64,000 nucleotides of DNA from an uncultured Acidobacteriaceae bacterium. Its GTDB lineage: Bacteria; Acidobacteriota; Terriglobia; Terriglobales; Acidobacteriaceae. Made by a program: the position numbers and the translations under genes. The stretch lies in contig CAVOMN010000004.1 in the NCBI GenBank assembly GCA_963697035.1, positions 27,723 through 91,722 on the forward strand, given 5' to 3'. Below are positions 10,744 through 21,758 of the stretch, one piece after another. The notes beneath the pieces were generated by a model. That model saw only the letters and a list, made by a program, of their open reading frames with translations. It was not told where the DNA came from and ran no database searches. Each line of letters begins with the position of its first letter. Position 1 is the stretch's first letter.

Positions 10744-12082
10744 AAATCCGACTCCTTGGCGATCAATGGGCTCCCGAAGTCACTCACGGCAGATCTCTTA
10801 CGCCCGACCGCTTCTCGAAGCTGTTCGACCGCGAGCAAGTACGCGGCCAACGCTTGCCGGTAGGCGAGTTGCGTGGCCCGATAGCTGCGCTCGGCATCCA
10901 GAAAATCCAGCAAGCTGACGGCGCCGCGCTGGTAGGCGTACTCGCTGATGTCACGGTCTTTCTGCGCCACGATCGAGATAGCCCGAGCGATAAAGAGTTG
11001 GACCACTCTTGTCGTTCGTGCGCAGGCCTTCGTAGGCGTCATGAACGTCCGTCATGACCTGCTCGCTGGCTGCCTTCTGCTGCTCCTGCGCCTGCGTGAT
11101 GGCGTAGTTGCGTCGCGCGCGATCTCGCCCTGGTTGCGGTCGAAAATCGGAAGCGGGATGCTGCCAAAGAACGTAGGCGGTGTTGAGTCCGCTGACGTGC
11201 GTGTAGTTGACCTGTCCCGTGATATCAACTTTACCAATCGCCTTTTGCAGTTCGTACTGGCTTTTCGCAGCAGTCACGCCCTGTTGCGCGGCGCGAAGAT
11301 CGGGCCGGTTCTGCAGGGCCTTCAATTTGCATGTCCTCGACATTGCCCTTGCACCGGTTGATAGTCAAACTGCGCCGGCGACATCGTAATCCGCGGACAC
11401 GGATTCGTATCCCAATAACTGCCGCAAATCGGAAAGGGCTTGGACTTTGGCCAGTTGCGCTTGCTGAAAGTCGGTCTGGAACTGCAGCAGCTGCAACTTG
11501 ATCTTTAAGTAGTCATCCTCACTGATCGCCGCCGGCTTTGTAATTGAATCTGGCTGAGATCCACGGTCTGCTGAAAACTTTTCAGGTCCTGTTCGGCGAG
11601 TTCGAGAGTGGATTCAGCAAGCTGCACGTTGACGAACTGAGTGCGCCACATTGAAACGTGAGCGCTGCGCTCGTTGTCCGCGACGAGCGAGCGTCGTCTG
11701 CGCCGTGATGTCTTTCGCTGCCTGCAAGCGGCGTTGGCGTTTCTTGCCGCGCTCGAACAGATAGCTCGAGGCCAAGGTCGACTCCGCGGTGTAGTCTGCA
11801 GGTAGTCGAGTGGATAGCCGGATTGGGGCGATTATGACTGGCGGGCGAGCCGAGTGGCAGATACTCCGAGTCGGCAAACAGCGTCGGATTCGGGCCGCAG
11901 GTTCGCCGTCATCTCCTCAGCCTGGCTCTGTTGGATCGTGGTGCGCGCCGCCAAGAGATGTGTGGTTATGCTGCAGCGCCAGCTGAATGGCTTCGTCCGA
12001 GCGTGATCCTGCACCGAGACTTTGCGCGGGCGGCTGCGAGTGCCGCGTAAGCAGCGAAGCCAGCAAGCACGAAGCATGCCAT
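10740..12082 (-). pseudogene. TolC/CzcC-family outer-membrane efflux factor, multiply frameshifted
   Basis: Signal-peptide start MACFVLAGFAAYAALAAA at 12082. Fragments 11614..11877, 10951..11343 (NRPDLRAAQQGVTAAKSQYELQKA) and 10740..11042 (GAVSLLDFLDAERSYRATQLAYRQALAAYLLAVEQL) sit in different frames. Confidence 0.75.
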
Positions 12083-12119
12083 ATCCCGCAAGCTCGCGCA
12101 CTTAACCGGCGAATGCAAT

Positions 12120-15100
12120 TTCTTAAGCTCTCAAACGATTCCTCCGGTTCCGGGAGCTTGTCGTTGTCCCTGGCGATCCACACATACAAAGTCGGCAACA
12201 GAACGATGCTCATGACCAGGGCGGAAATGAGGCCACCCACGATGACAATGGCGAAAGGGCCGCTGCGAATCGGAGCCAATGGCGTGCGAAAGCGCTGCCG
12301 GAACCAGTCCAAAGGTCGCCACCAGCATGGTCATCATGATGGGGCGAAGCCTCAGGACGGCGCCTTCGATGGCGGCATCCACGATGGTGTAGCCGCGAGC
12401 CCGGAGCTGGTTGATGTATTCCAGCATGATGACGCCGGTCTGGACCGACACCCCGAAGAGCGCCAGGAAACCGATGCCGGAGGACACGCTGAAGTTCGTA
12501 CCGGTGAGCAGCAACGCCAGCAGCCCGCCAATGCGCGCCATGGCCACGTTCAGCAAGAATGAGCAGCGCCCACTTCGACCGAACGGAACATGGTGTAAAG
12601 GATGATGAAAATGACGAGGAACGGTCAGCGGCACGATGAGCAGCAAGCCGCGCCTCGGCCCGCTTTTCGCTCTCGTATTCTCCCGACCAGCTCGAGGCGA
12701 TAGCCCGGCGGAAGTTTGCACTTTTTCGACTGATCTGGGCCATCGCATCTTCGACCGTGCTGCCCAGATCCCGTCCTCGCACATTGAAGGTCACGGCCAC
12801 GTAGCGGCTGTTTCCTTCGCGGTAGATATCGTAAGCGCCATCGCGAACTTCCACGCTGGTGAACTGCGCAAGCGACACTCGCTCCCCGGAAGGAGAGAGC
12901 AGTCGAATATCGCTCGATGGCGTCTTGCGTCCTTGCGGTAAGGCTCCTGGTAACGCACCACTACGTCGTAGCGTTGCTCGCCGGCAGCACTTCGCTCACG
13001 GCTTTCCCACCCACGGCGGTCTCGACCGCGTCTTGAATGTCGGTGACGTTGATTCCGAAACGCGCCGCTTGCTGCCGGTCGATGGTGAAGTTGAGATTCG
13101 GCTGGCCAAAATCACGATACAGCTTGACGTCCGTGATGCCGGGGATCTTCGACATGCACAGTCGATGATCTCGTTCGCCCTTATCCTCAAGGGTTTTCAA
13201 GTCATTCCCGAAGATCTTCAGCGCGAGTCGACCCTTGGTGCCGGTGATGCGTTTCGCCGACGTTGTCTTCAATCGGTTGCGAGAAATTCCAGATGGCACC
13301 CGGGTAATTTTGATATGGCGCGATTCATGGCGGCGATGAGTTCCTCTTTGTTCTCATGAAAAATGGGCCGCCATTGCGTCTTGCGGCTTCAAATCGACGA
13401 AATATTCTGTGTTGCCGAATCCACCGGTGTCGGTTCCGTCATCGGGCCGGCCAACCTCGGAGACGACGGTTGTTCACTTCCGGAAAGGACGCGAAGACAT
13501 AACGCTCGTTGGTCGTAAACTGCTCGCCTTCGGTAAGGCTGGTGCTGTTCGCGAGGGTGCCGCGCGCCCAGATCGCGCCTTCGTCCAGATGCGGCAGAAA
13601 TTCCGAGCCAATGATTCCGCTGAAGCCACAGAAACAGAGCGTCACCGCGAGCGCAGCCAACACCAACCGCGACCGTAAAGCCAGCGATGCCCCACGGCAC
13701 CAGCGCAGCCGCCGCCGGTAGTGCTCGGTGAGGTAGGCCATGACCGGGTTGTGCCATTCCCGAACACCACTCGCGGAACAACACGCTCGCCAGAACCGGG
13801 GCGATCAGGATGGAGAAGGTCATGGCGCCGAGCAGCGCAAAGGCCACGGTCCATGCCATGGGCCGGAACAAGCGGCCCTCCACGCGCTGCAGGGTGAAGA
13901 TCGGCAGATAGGCCGTGATGATGATGGCGATCGCGTAGAACACCGGGCGCTGCACTTCATGGCCGCCTCACGGATGATCTGCGTCGGACTCTTCAGCACC
14001 ATCGTGCGCGCCCTGACCCGGGGCCATTCTGGTGGTGGCTCATGTGCCGAACGATGTTTTCCACCATGACCACGGCGCCGTCGACCACCATGCCGAAGTC
14101 CAGCGCGCCCAGCGACAGCAGATTGGCCGGAACCTTGCTCAAGTCGAGCCAGATGGAAGCGAAGAGAAAGGAGAACGGAATGGTGAGCGCAACGATGAGA
14201 GCGGCGCGAACGTTACCGAGGAACAGGAAAAGGATGATGGTGACCAGGATCATCCCTTCGGCCAGGTTGTGCATCACGGTGTGCAGCGTGAAGTGAAGCA
14301 AATCGCTGCGGTCCAGCATCGGAACGACTGTCACGCCGGGAGGCAGAATACCGTTGTTGAGCTCGTCCACTTTATTGTGAATAGCCTCGAGCGTCGGTTC
14401 CTCTTCGGCGCCTTTGCGCATAATACACCGCACCCTGGATGACATCAGGTTCGTCCACAATGCGTCCGTCTTGCAGGTGGTTGGCTCTGGCCATGTGGCC
14501 CAGACGGATTTTCGGACCCTGCGTCACCTCGGCGATGTCTTTCACCCGAAGGGCGGTGCCGGTCTGAGTCTTCAGAACGGTCTGCTCGATGTCCTGCACG
14601 TCACCGAAAAGCCCGAGCGCGCGGACATTCATCTGTTGCAGGCCGTCTTCGACGAAGCTGCCGCCGGCGTTGATGTTGTTGCTGGCCAGTTGCTGCTCGA
14701 CCTGGCCGATGCTGGAGTCCGTATGACACCAGCTTGTTCGGATCCACGCGCACCTGGTACTCGCGCTCCGTGCCCCCGAAAGTCCGAAACGTCCACCACA
14801 TCGGGAACGGACTTGAATTGCTTGAGCAGAACGCAAATCCTCGATCGACCGCAACTCCATCAGGTCATAACGAGGGTTTGTGCTTCTCAGCGTGTACCAA
14901 TAGATCTGGCCGGTGGTGCTCCAGTCGGTGCCGATTTGCGGTTGAAGGTTTTGTCGGGAAGATCTGACCTGGGTGAGCCTCTCCAGAACCTTCTGGCGGT
15001 TCCAGTCATTCACGGAACTGTCGTCGAAGATCATGATCACGAACGACAGGCCGAAGATCGATTCGGACCGCAGATAGGTCATGTGCGGCATGCCCGGCCA

Positions 15101-15318
15101 TCTGGATCTCGATGGGGATGGTGACCTGCTGCTCCACCTCCTCGGCCGAGCGGCCCGGGCCATTGCGTGATGACCGTCACGTAGTTGTCGGCGATATCGG
15201 GATAGGCCTCAACAGGCAGGTTGTGGAATGAGATAACACCCCAGCCGAGCAACAGGACGGCGAGCGCAAGCACCACGAACTTGTTGTTGAGCGCAAAATC
15301 GACGAGAGCGCGAATCAT
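12120..15318 (-). pseudogene. czcA: CusA/CzcA-family heavy-metal RND efflux pump, roughly 8-9 frameshifts
   Basis: N-terminus MIRALVDFALNNKFVVLALAVLLLGWGVISFHNLPVEAYPDIADNYVTVITQWPG (15079..15318). Consecutive RND fragments in alternating frames: 14372..15163, 13993..14460, 13389..13955, 12961..13299, 12210..12878, 12131..12784, 11917..12312. 3' limit approximate. Confidence 0.85.
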
Positions 15319-15373
15319 TGTTTATTGTATTTCCTGCCTGGTTTCCCAGTTGCCAGGCTGTAGTTAGTATACA

Positions 15374-16525
15374 TCACTGAGCGAGCACGTGGTCCAAGAC
15401 CAACGCATTCGTCACTACCTGCTGTCCGGGTGCGAACGCCGGACTTGATCTCCTGCAGATTTGTGTTGTCGGCAGGAGATCGCCACCGACAACTTCCACG
15501 CGGCGGAACTTATTGTTGGGCGCGGGGACGAACACGAAATCGCGATCATGCATGTGCAGAATGGCGGAGGCCGGGCACGATCGTGTGCATCTCCGTGGTC
15601 TGGCCGAGGAAGGTTGCTTTGGCAAACATCCCGAGGCGCATGATTCCGGGATTCGGCACTTCGATCCGGACCTTGGCGGTGCGAATGTTCGGATCGAGCA
15701 CCGCGCCAATGTTGCTCACCTTCCCTTGAACAGGCGTTCGGGATAGGCATTCAAGAGTGATCTCCGCCGTATCGCCGATGCGGACGCGTTGGCAAGTCGT
15801 TTTCATACACATCGCAGACAATCCAGACCGACGAGAGATCGGAAATCGTGAAAGGACTCGGAGTATTGAACGCTCTGCACTGCTGCCGCATTGGTGACTT
15901 GCTGGTCGGTAATCACGCCGGAAATAGGCGCGAAGATATCGACCATGCCCATCGGTTTGCCGGGGTCGTTCCCAGCAGGCGAAGATGTTCGGCCGCGGTT
16001 TCCAGCGTCGATTTTAGCGTCAGTCCTCGGCATCCTGAGCGACCTCGAGAGTCTTGCGTATGCCATCGCCCCGTGACCGTAAAGATCCTTGGCCCGATCC
16101 AGTTGCTTGCGCGCGAGCAGTTCATCCGCCACGGCCTTCCGATAGGCGTCGAAACCGCCGGAGACATCGTCGCTGCGAATGGTCAGGAGCAACTGGCCTT
16201 TCTTACCGTGTCGCCCAGCCGTGCGTGGATTTCCACGACGCGGCCGGAAGCGAGCGAGACGACCGGGACATTGCGGGAAATATCGGGAGTGACGGTGCCG
16301 GTGACGACTAAGCTCAGAAGTTGAAGGATGCGCGGTGGCCACGGCGAGCGGAAACTGTTCCGGGTGCTCAACCGTGAAGAAATTGACGAATCGCGTCGGT
16401 GACGACATTGGCGGGCGGCGGCGCTTCCGCCACCGGATCTCATTGCGCATTGTGACAAGCGGCAAGAGCAATAATGCCGGCTAGAGAATGAACAGAAGCC
16501 CAATTCGCAGGTATTTATTTTTCAT
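15374..16525 (-). pseudogene. RND periplasmic adaptor (HlyD/CzcB family), in-frame stop plus frameshifts
   Basis: Start MKNKYLRIGLLFIL is followed by TAG. Fragments 16183..16503, 15803..16471, 15546..15821 (VSNIGAVLDPNIRTAKVRIEVPNPG) and 15374..15709 (NKFRRVEVVGGDLL..GQQVVTNALVLDHVLAQ). Confidence 0.75.
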
Positions 16526-16660
16526 GAGCGTCATTCAACTGCCGTTATGGAACTTCAGCCGCCTTTCCGTCATACAGAGCTTTATCGTTCGCAGCGAGGG
16601 CCACATGCTCGCCAGCACATGTGGCCGCTCTGCTCTCGCAACGGGGAGGCCTGCGGACGG

Positions 16661-18459
16661 CTAGAACTTGACCATGATGGCCATCCTGATACTGGGTTCG
16701 TTCTTCCGCAGATCGGGGTTCCACAGACCGCCGTCATTACCGCAACCTGAGGGCGTTAGCGTTCCGGGCGGTGCTTGTGCATGCAAACGTACTCGGCCGG
16801 GACTGCCATTATTTCCGCCGGGAGGGGTTATGCCGCCTGCGGCCGGTAAAGTACGGCACGTTCGCATGGCGATAACCAAACTCCCAGACGAAAGGTGATG
16901 TATTGCTTTGGCATCCAATCGAAGGTGAGCGGAAGCGTCCCAGGCATTTGAACAGGGTCTCCGGGATTCTGCAGGGAAGTAAGGCGAACCGGAGATGGCA
17001 TCGGCTCCGTTGATCGGTGGCAGCAAGAGTCAGATAGCGTGCCTGGATTGTTCGAAGGCGCCGCCGCCAAGGGTGATCGCATACTTGTCATTATCGAACC
17101 ACCACCGGTTATAGAGCATCCATCCCGCGAAGGCTGCTCTGCGGACCGCCTGAACCGTTGGCCGCAACGGGTCGATTGTGGTAGCAGCTCACGCCCCCAC
17201 CATATTCGCAACCCAAATCGCCGGTAAGGGAGAATGCCATTTTGTCGAGGAACATTCTCAGGATGGTCGTAATACTTGACCTCGATACTGTCGTCGGTGT
17301 GGATGCGCGATATCCGCCACCGGGATTAGCCTGGTTCAGCGTGTCTTCGCCCATGCCGTAGTTGTTGAACACGAACGAAAGCCATGACGTGGGACGATAC
17401 AGGATCTGTCCTCCCAAGCCGGGCCTGCTACCGTACCTGCCATAGGACTGCCATCCGTTGATGATCCAGGGCTCGATCTTCAGTTTATTGGTGGGAAACC
17501 ACTGGATCCGCAGCCCATTGAAAAACCATGGCGTATTGGAGGAAACATAGGACGGCTGGTACGTCCAGTTATCAAAGTTATAGTAACTGAAGAGACCGAT
17601 GTAAGACACAAAGATTCCCGCATCGATGTTGAGGCCATGATTCACATTGAAGTGGTATCCGCCATAGGCCTCCGAGACGTACCGGTAGGCGCCTCGAAGA
17701 TCCCACTGACCACGCCCCGGACTGGCGTCATTGCGTGGCGTGGTGACGCCAAACATTCCATCCATGGTTAAGAGCCTGCCGCGAACGTTCTGCCAGTGGA
17801 AGTCGCCGCCTACGCTGATCTGCTCCACTTGGAATTCATCCGACCGGAAAATCTCCGTAGAGCCGCCGAGCGTGTCATCCTTGGGGTGGTTAAAACTGTA
17901 AACATAGTGCGTGTCGAACCGGACTTCAGGGGTAAAGAATTTCGAATCCCACACCGCATCCTTGTTGCGCGGTGTCCCGTTCAACCACGTCCAGTCCGCG
18001 AACGCATATGGAGTTTGTGTATCGACCGCCGGTGGAGGCGTCTGCGTTGATGCCGCGGGTGAGGATTCCTGCGCCTGGACTGGCGCAGCCGCCACTGCGC
18101 CAGCCGGGGCTGTGGCGGGCCCGGCTACCGCCGTGCTTGGCTCGCCCGGCGCGGCATTCGCCTTCAGTTGCAATTCCAGCTGCTCAATGCGCGCTTTCAG
18201 CGCCTCCAACTCCTTCGCGACGGCGGCGGACACTGTTGGGTACGGTGCCGCGGTGGGCTGGAGCGGCCGCCGCCGTTCCCACATCGGCCGCGCCATCCGC
18301 GGAAGACTTCGCTGGATCATCTAATTTCGCCATCTTCGCCGGAGGCCGTGCCTGGTCCTGCCCATAGCAACGCGCGGTCTGCACGATCGCCGGGCACGCA
18401 AGAATCATTGTGAGAATTGCCCTTGCCGCGATTCCACGCGAAGCTCCTATATTTTTCAC
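16661..18459 (-). pseudogene. outer-membrane beta-barrel porin (OmpL/bbp2-like) with N-terminal coiled coil, frameshifted
   Basis: GTG start with GGGAG SD. Signal peptide VKNIGASRGIAARAILTMILACPAIVQ (frame of 18184..18534). Main body 17109..18320 (KELEALKARIEQLELQLK, Tyr/Gly/Asn-rich strands). C-terminal pieces 16828..17211 and 16661..17026 end in MAIMVKF. Confidence 0.6.
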
Positions 18460-19070
18460 GCTCCCATTCCTTCCCGATTCAAGGTTGCTCTCCGCTTTAC
18501 GGCATGACATCCGCGACTTGAAAACATTCGTCATTTCCTTCGCCCCCGTTCCACGTCATCGTCCACTTGCGATTTTGTTTCTGCCCTGTTTTCGCACCCC
18601 GTTGACTACAGAGTGCCCATAAACTAAGCGCAGGCAGTTGTTATCGTCCAATAGATAATTCTGCTTGCCTCGATAACGGATTAGCCATTAGTTATATCTA
18701 ATCAGTTCCATTAGAAATTCCGGACAGCGCCTACAAACTTCGACGAAACGACTGCGGGCGCCGCGCACATCAAGCCACAAACTCTTCCATCGGTCTCTGC
18801 GACTCTTCTCAATTGCACATGAAAGCGCGCAAAGATCGCATAAAGAGCGCATAAAATGTTTATTAAGAAATCTGCAGTCTCTGAACGGACAAGAGGGCGC
18901 ACTCCATTGCAGCAATTCGCTCGGTTAGCAATGGGACAGACAGGAGCAAAGCATCAGGTGGCAAGCGTTGTAAACGGACTCGGAGCAGATGGTGCGGAGT
19001 CGCACACGCCAGTGAGAGTCATAGCATCAAGCTATTGATCGGCGCGGCTTCTCAACCCCCTTGCCTGCGG

Positions 19071-20011
19071 TTAGCCGCTCGCGTGGGAAGGCCACGCGAT
19101 TGCCTCCACGGGCGGATCGAGACGACTCCGGGTTGCGGTTTGGAACGAAGTTGCCAGGGCCGCCTCCATCAGGGCGCTGGCCCGATTGGCTACGGGCTCG
19201 CCGCGAAATATTCCGAACCGGACTTCGGGAAGTACAGGGAGTTTGGCGTACCGGACTTCCTGAATGCCACCGTTCCGGACTGTTTCACGCAGAAATGCAG
19301 ATACTCCGAGTCCGGACTCCACTGCTGCCAGAGTCGCGTCTAAACTTGCGCTCTCGAATGTAACTCGCCATTCCCAGCCGGCCTGGCGCAACGCAAATAG
19401 TATTTCGCCGCGCCATAGGTCCGCGCCTTCACAAAGTACTAGCGGCAGCACCTGGAATGGCTCGATCGAGAAGTCTGCGGCGGCAAACCAGGTCAGTTGA
19501 GAACTCCATTCAATGACGGGCAGAGCCGCGATTGTAGCGGGATCACAGATGATGAAGTCCAATTCCTTTTGAGTAAGCAGAGACTCGAGTTCGGCGGCCG
19601 TGCCACCGTAAGTCTCAACTCAACGGCTGGATGACTGCGCTGGAATCGCTTCAATGCCGGCGTGAGCCCTGCCACGATTGTTTCCTCGCTAACTCCCAAT
19701 CGCACCGGACCGGAGGCGGATTCTTCCCGCAGCCGCGCCAAGGCCTCTTCATTGAGATCAACCGCGCGGTTCGCATACGCGACCAAAAGCTCGCCGTGGC
19801 GAGTCAAGCACACTCCGTTGCGGGTTCGGGAGAAAAGTTTTCGCCCGATAATTTCTTCCAGGCGCAACATCTGCTGGCTTACGGCAGATTGAGTCTTGGC
19901 GACCGCTGTCGCTGTCCTTCCCATGCTTCCGTGCCGGACGACAGCAAGAAAGGTGCGCAAAAGGCTGAGGTCCAAGTCTTCCCGATCGGTTGTCATCGTC
20001 ATATGCGACAT
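19071..20011 (-). pseudogene. LysR-family transcriptional regulator, one frameshift near 19.56-19.62 kb
   Basis: HTH half is 19493..20011 (LSLLRTFLAVVRHGSMGRTATAVAKTQSAVSQQMLRLEE). Effector-domain half is 19071..19562, in another frame. Confidence 0.75.
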
Positions 20012-20305
20012 CCTTGTCCGCGAACTGACTGTGTAACCTGGTCAACCATCCACTCTGCACCAGTTGCACGGTAGCGTGATGACCATAAAGAAATCGTGAA
20101 GAATCTTCATTAAAGCTTTAACTGGACTCCATAGAAGTTTTAACTATTGGAGCGTGCATATCAGGCCTCATACAAGCGCACGGTTCCTCTCTCTGGATGC
20201 GAAGCAAGCGATACAGCAAGAAAGGAAATGCGGATACCAAGGAGGGCTCGTCCCGGAACCCTCCCTGGCAATGCAGCTGTTGGCCTACCAGAGCCATACG
20301 TCTAC

Positions 20306-20668
20306 CTACTCGTTCTTCGATGGGCGGCCAATTGTTTCCACTTTCAGGACTGCCCCTTCCAGGCGCCCGGTGACCGTCGCCTTGGAGGTCATGAACTTCA
20401 AGAGCTGGTTCGTGTCGCCTTGCAGCTTGTAGGCCCGGTCGCGGGAGACCAGAATAATGTCATCACCGCGACTGACGGAATAGCAAGCCCAGCTGTATGG
20501 CGTGAAACCCTTGTGTGGTTGAATATCCTGGCAATGCGCGCAACTTACCATCCCACTCACAGTGGTCCTAATGGTCTCAGTGCTTGCTGAGTGGGCGTAA
20601 CGCACGGTCGCTGTCAGACCCAAGGCAAAGATACTAGCGAGAAATACAACCTGACTGATAGCTTTCAT
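20306..20668 (-). CDS. small secreted protein (120 aa), DUF5818-like C-terminal half
   Basis: Internal ATG at 20668 preceded by AGGGAGA SD. Signal peptide MKAISQVVFLASIFALGLTA. C-terminal pattern DDIILVSRDRAYKLQGDTNQLLKFMTSKATVTGRLEGAVLKVETI. Confidence 0.6.
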   Translation of the reverse strand: MKAISQVVFLASIFALGLTATVRYAHSASTETIRTTVSGMVSCAHCQDIQPHKGFTPYSWACYSVSRGDDIILVSRDRAYKLQGDTNQLLKFMTSKATVTGRLEGAVLKVETIGRPSKNE

Positions 20669-20882
20669 GTTCGTCTCCCTCGAACTCGAGGCCAACCTGC
20701 CTAAGATCTCAAGCTTCACTGGAGAACATAGATCGCGAGGCATGGAGAAAACGTGAAGATTTCGGCAAATGTCCATAAAATATTTGTTTCCGGCACATAA
20801 GAATTTTCGTCGCACCTGTTACCTTGGTAAGTCAACGGCTCTGAACAGGGACGATAGATTGCGACTGCGCGAGATAAATCGC

Positions 20883-21620
20883 TCAAAAAGACTCGTCGCT
20901 TCTTGCTGGAGATCCCGGCTCGGATGAATCAGCAAAGCGGTAGCCTACCCAGGGTTCGGTGAGAACGTATTTTGGACTTGCCGGGTCATCTTCAATTTTC
21001 TTGCGGAGGGTTCTTACGTAGGACCGCAGGTAATCCAGTTCGGTGCCGTATTCCGGCCCCCAGATGGTGCGTAACAACTTGGCGTGGGTGACCGGCATGC
21101 CGCGGTTGCGCATCAACAACGCCAGCAGGTCGAATTCTGTCGGCGTTAAATGCACGATCGCGCCCGCCTTGCGTAAAGAGTGGCGCTCCATATCCATTTC
21201 CAGATTGCCGGCTTGAAGGACGGGCGGTTCCATCCCCGCTTCGAAACGAACGCGGCGCAAGACGGCGTGCATGCGCGCGACTAGCTCGCCAAAGCGCACC
21301 GGCTTGGTGACGTAGTCGTCCGCGCCAGCCTCGAGCGCCCTCACCATATCGTGCTCCGCCTCGCGCACGGTCACCATGACGATGCCGACTTTAGGCGCCA
21401 AAGCGCGAATCTCACGGCAGGCTTCCACTCCGCCGATGCCGGGCATGTTGATGTCCAGCAATACCAGATCGAATGGGTGCTGCGGAAGAATGTCGACGGC
21501 TTCTTCGCCGCTGCGTGCTTCTTCCACTACGAAGCCACTGGCTGCCAGGGAGGTACCGAATGCTTTGCGAAGAGATGGCTCGTCATCCACCACCAAAACA
21601 TTGATTTGGCGCGTTGACAT
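20883..21620 (-). CDS. OmpR/KdpE-type response regulator
   Basis: 245-aa ORF. Receiver motifs VLVVDDEP and DLVLLDINMPG. Winged-helix C-terminus (LTPTEFDLLALLMRNRG, GYRF). Confidence 0.9.
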   Translation of the reverse strand: MSTRQINVLVVDDEPSLRKAFGTSLAASGFVVEEARSGEEAVDILPQHPFDLVLLDINMPGIGGVEACREIRALAPKVGIVMVTVREAEHDMVRALEAGADDYVTKPVRFGELVARMHAVLRRVRFEAGMEPPVLQAGNLEMDMERHSLRKAGAIVHLTPTEFDLLALLMRNRGMPVTHAKLLRTIWGPEYGTELDYLRSYVRTLRKKIEDDPASPKYVLTEPWVGYRFADSSEPGSPARSDESF

Positions 21621-21758
21621 CGGTAAATCTGGCCCTTCGCCGGATCTCTCGAATCGAGATCTTATAAGTCACACTAAATCTGATCTCATGAAAAATCCGT
21701 AAAAATTCCATAAGAAGTTGGTGGTGAAGCCGCGGCTGACGAAGTGAAATATTTAGGG

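Noticed and set aside
16599-16626. 9-bp perfect hairpin GGCCACATG-(10 nt)-CATGTGGCC between the porin and adaptor genes, as a possible terminator
   Set aside because: No U-tract follows on either strand. It could be a regulatory or REP-like element, but a single copy gives no support.
18535-19070. AT-richer 0.5-kb gap between the porin and LysR genes, as a possible sRNA or mobile remnant
   Set aside because: Only weak ORFs (for example 18688..18915), no inverted or direct repeats, and no conserved RNA motif recognisable by eye.
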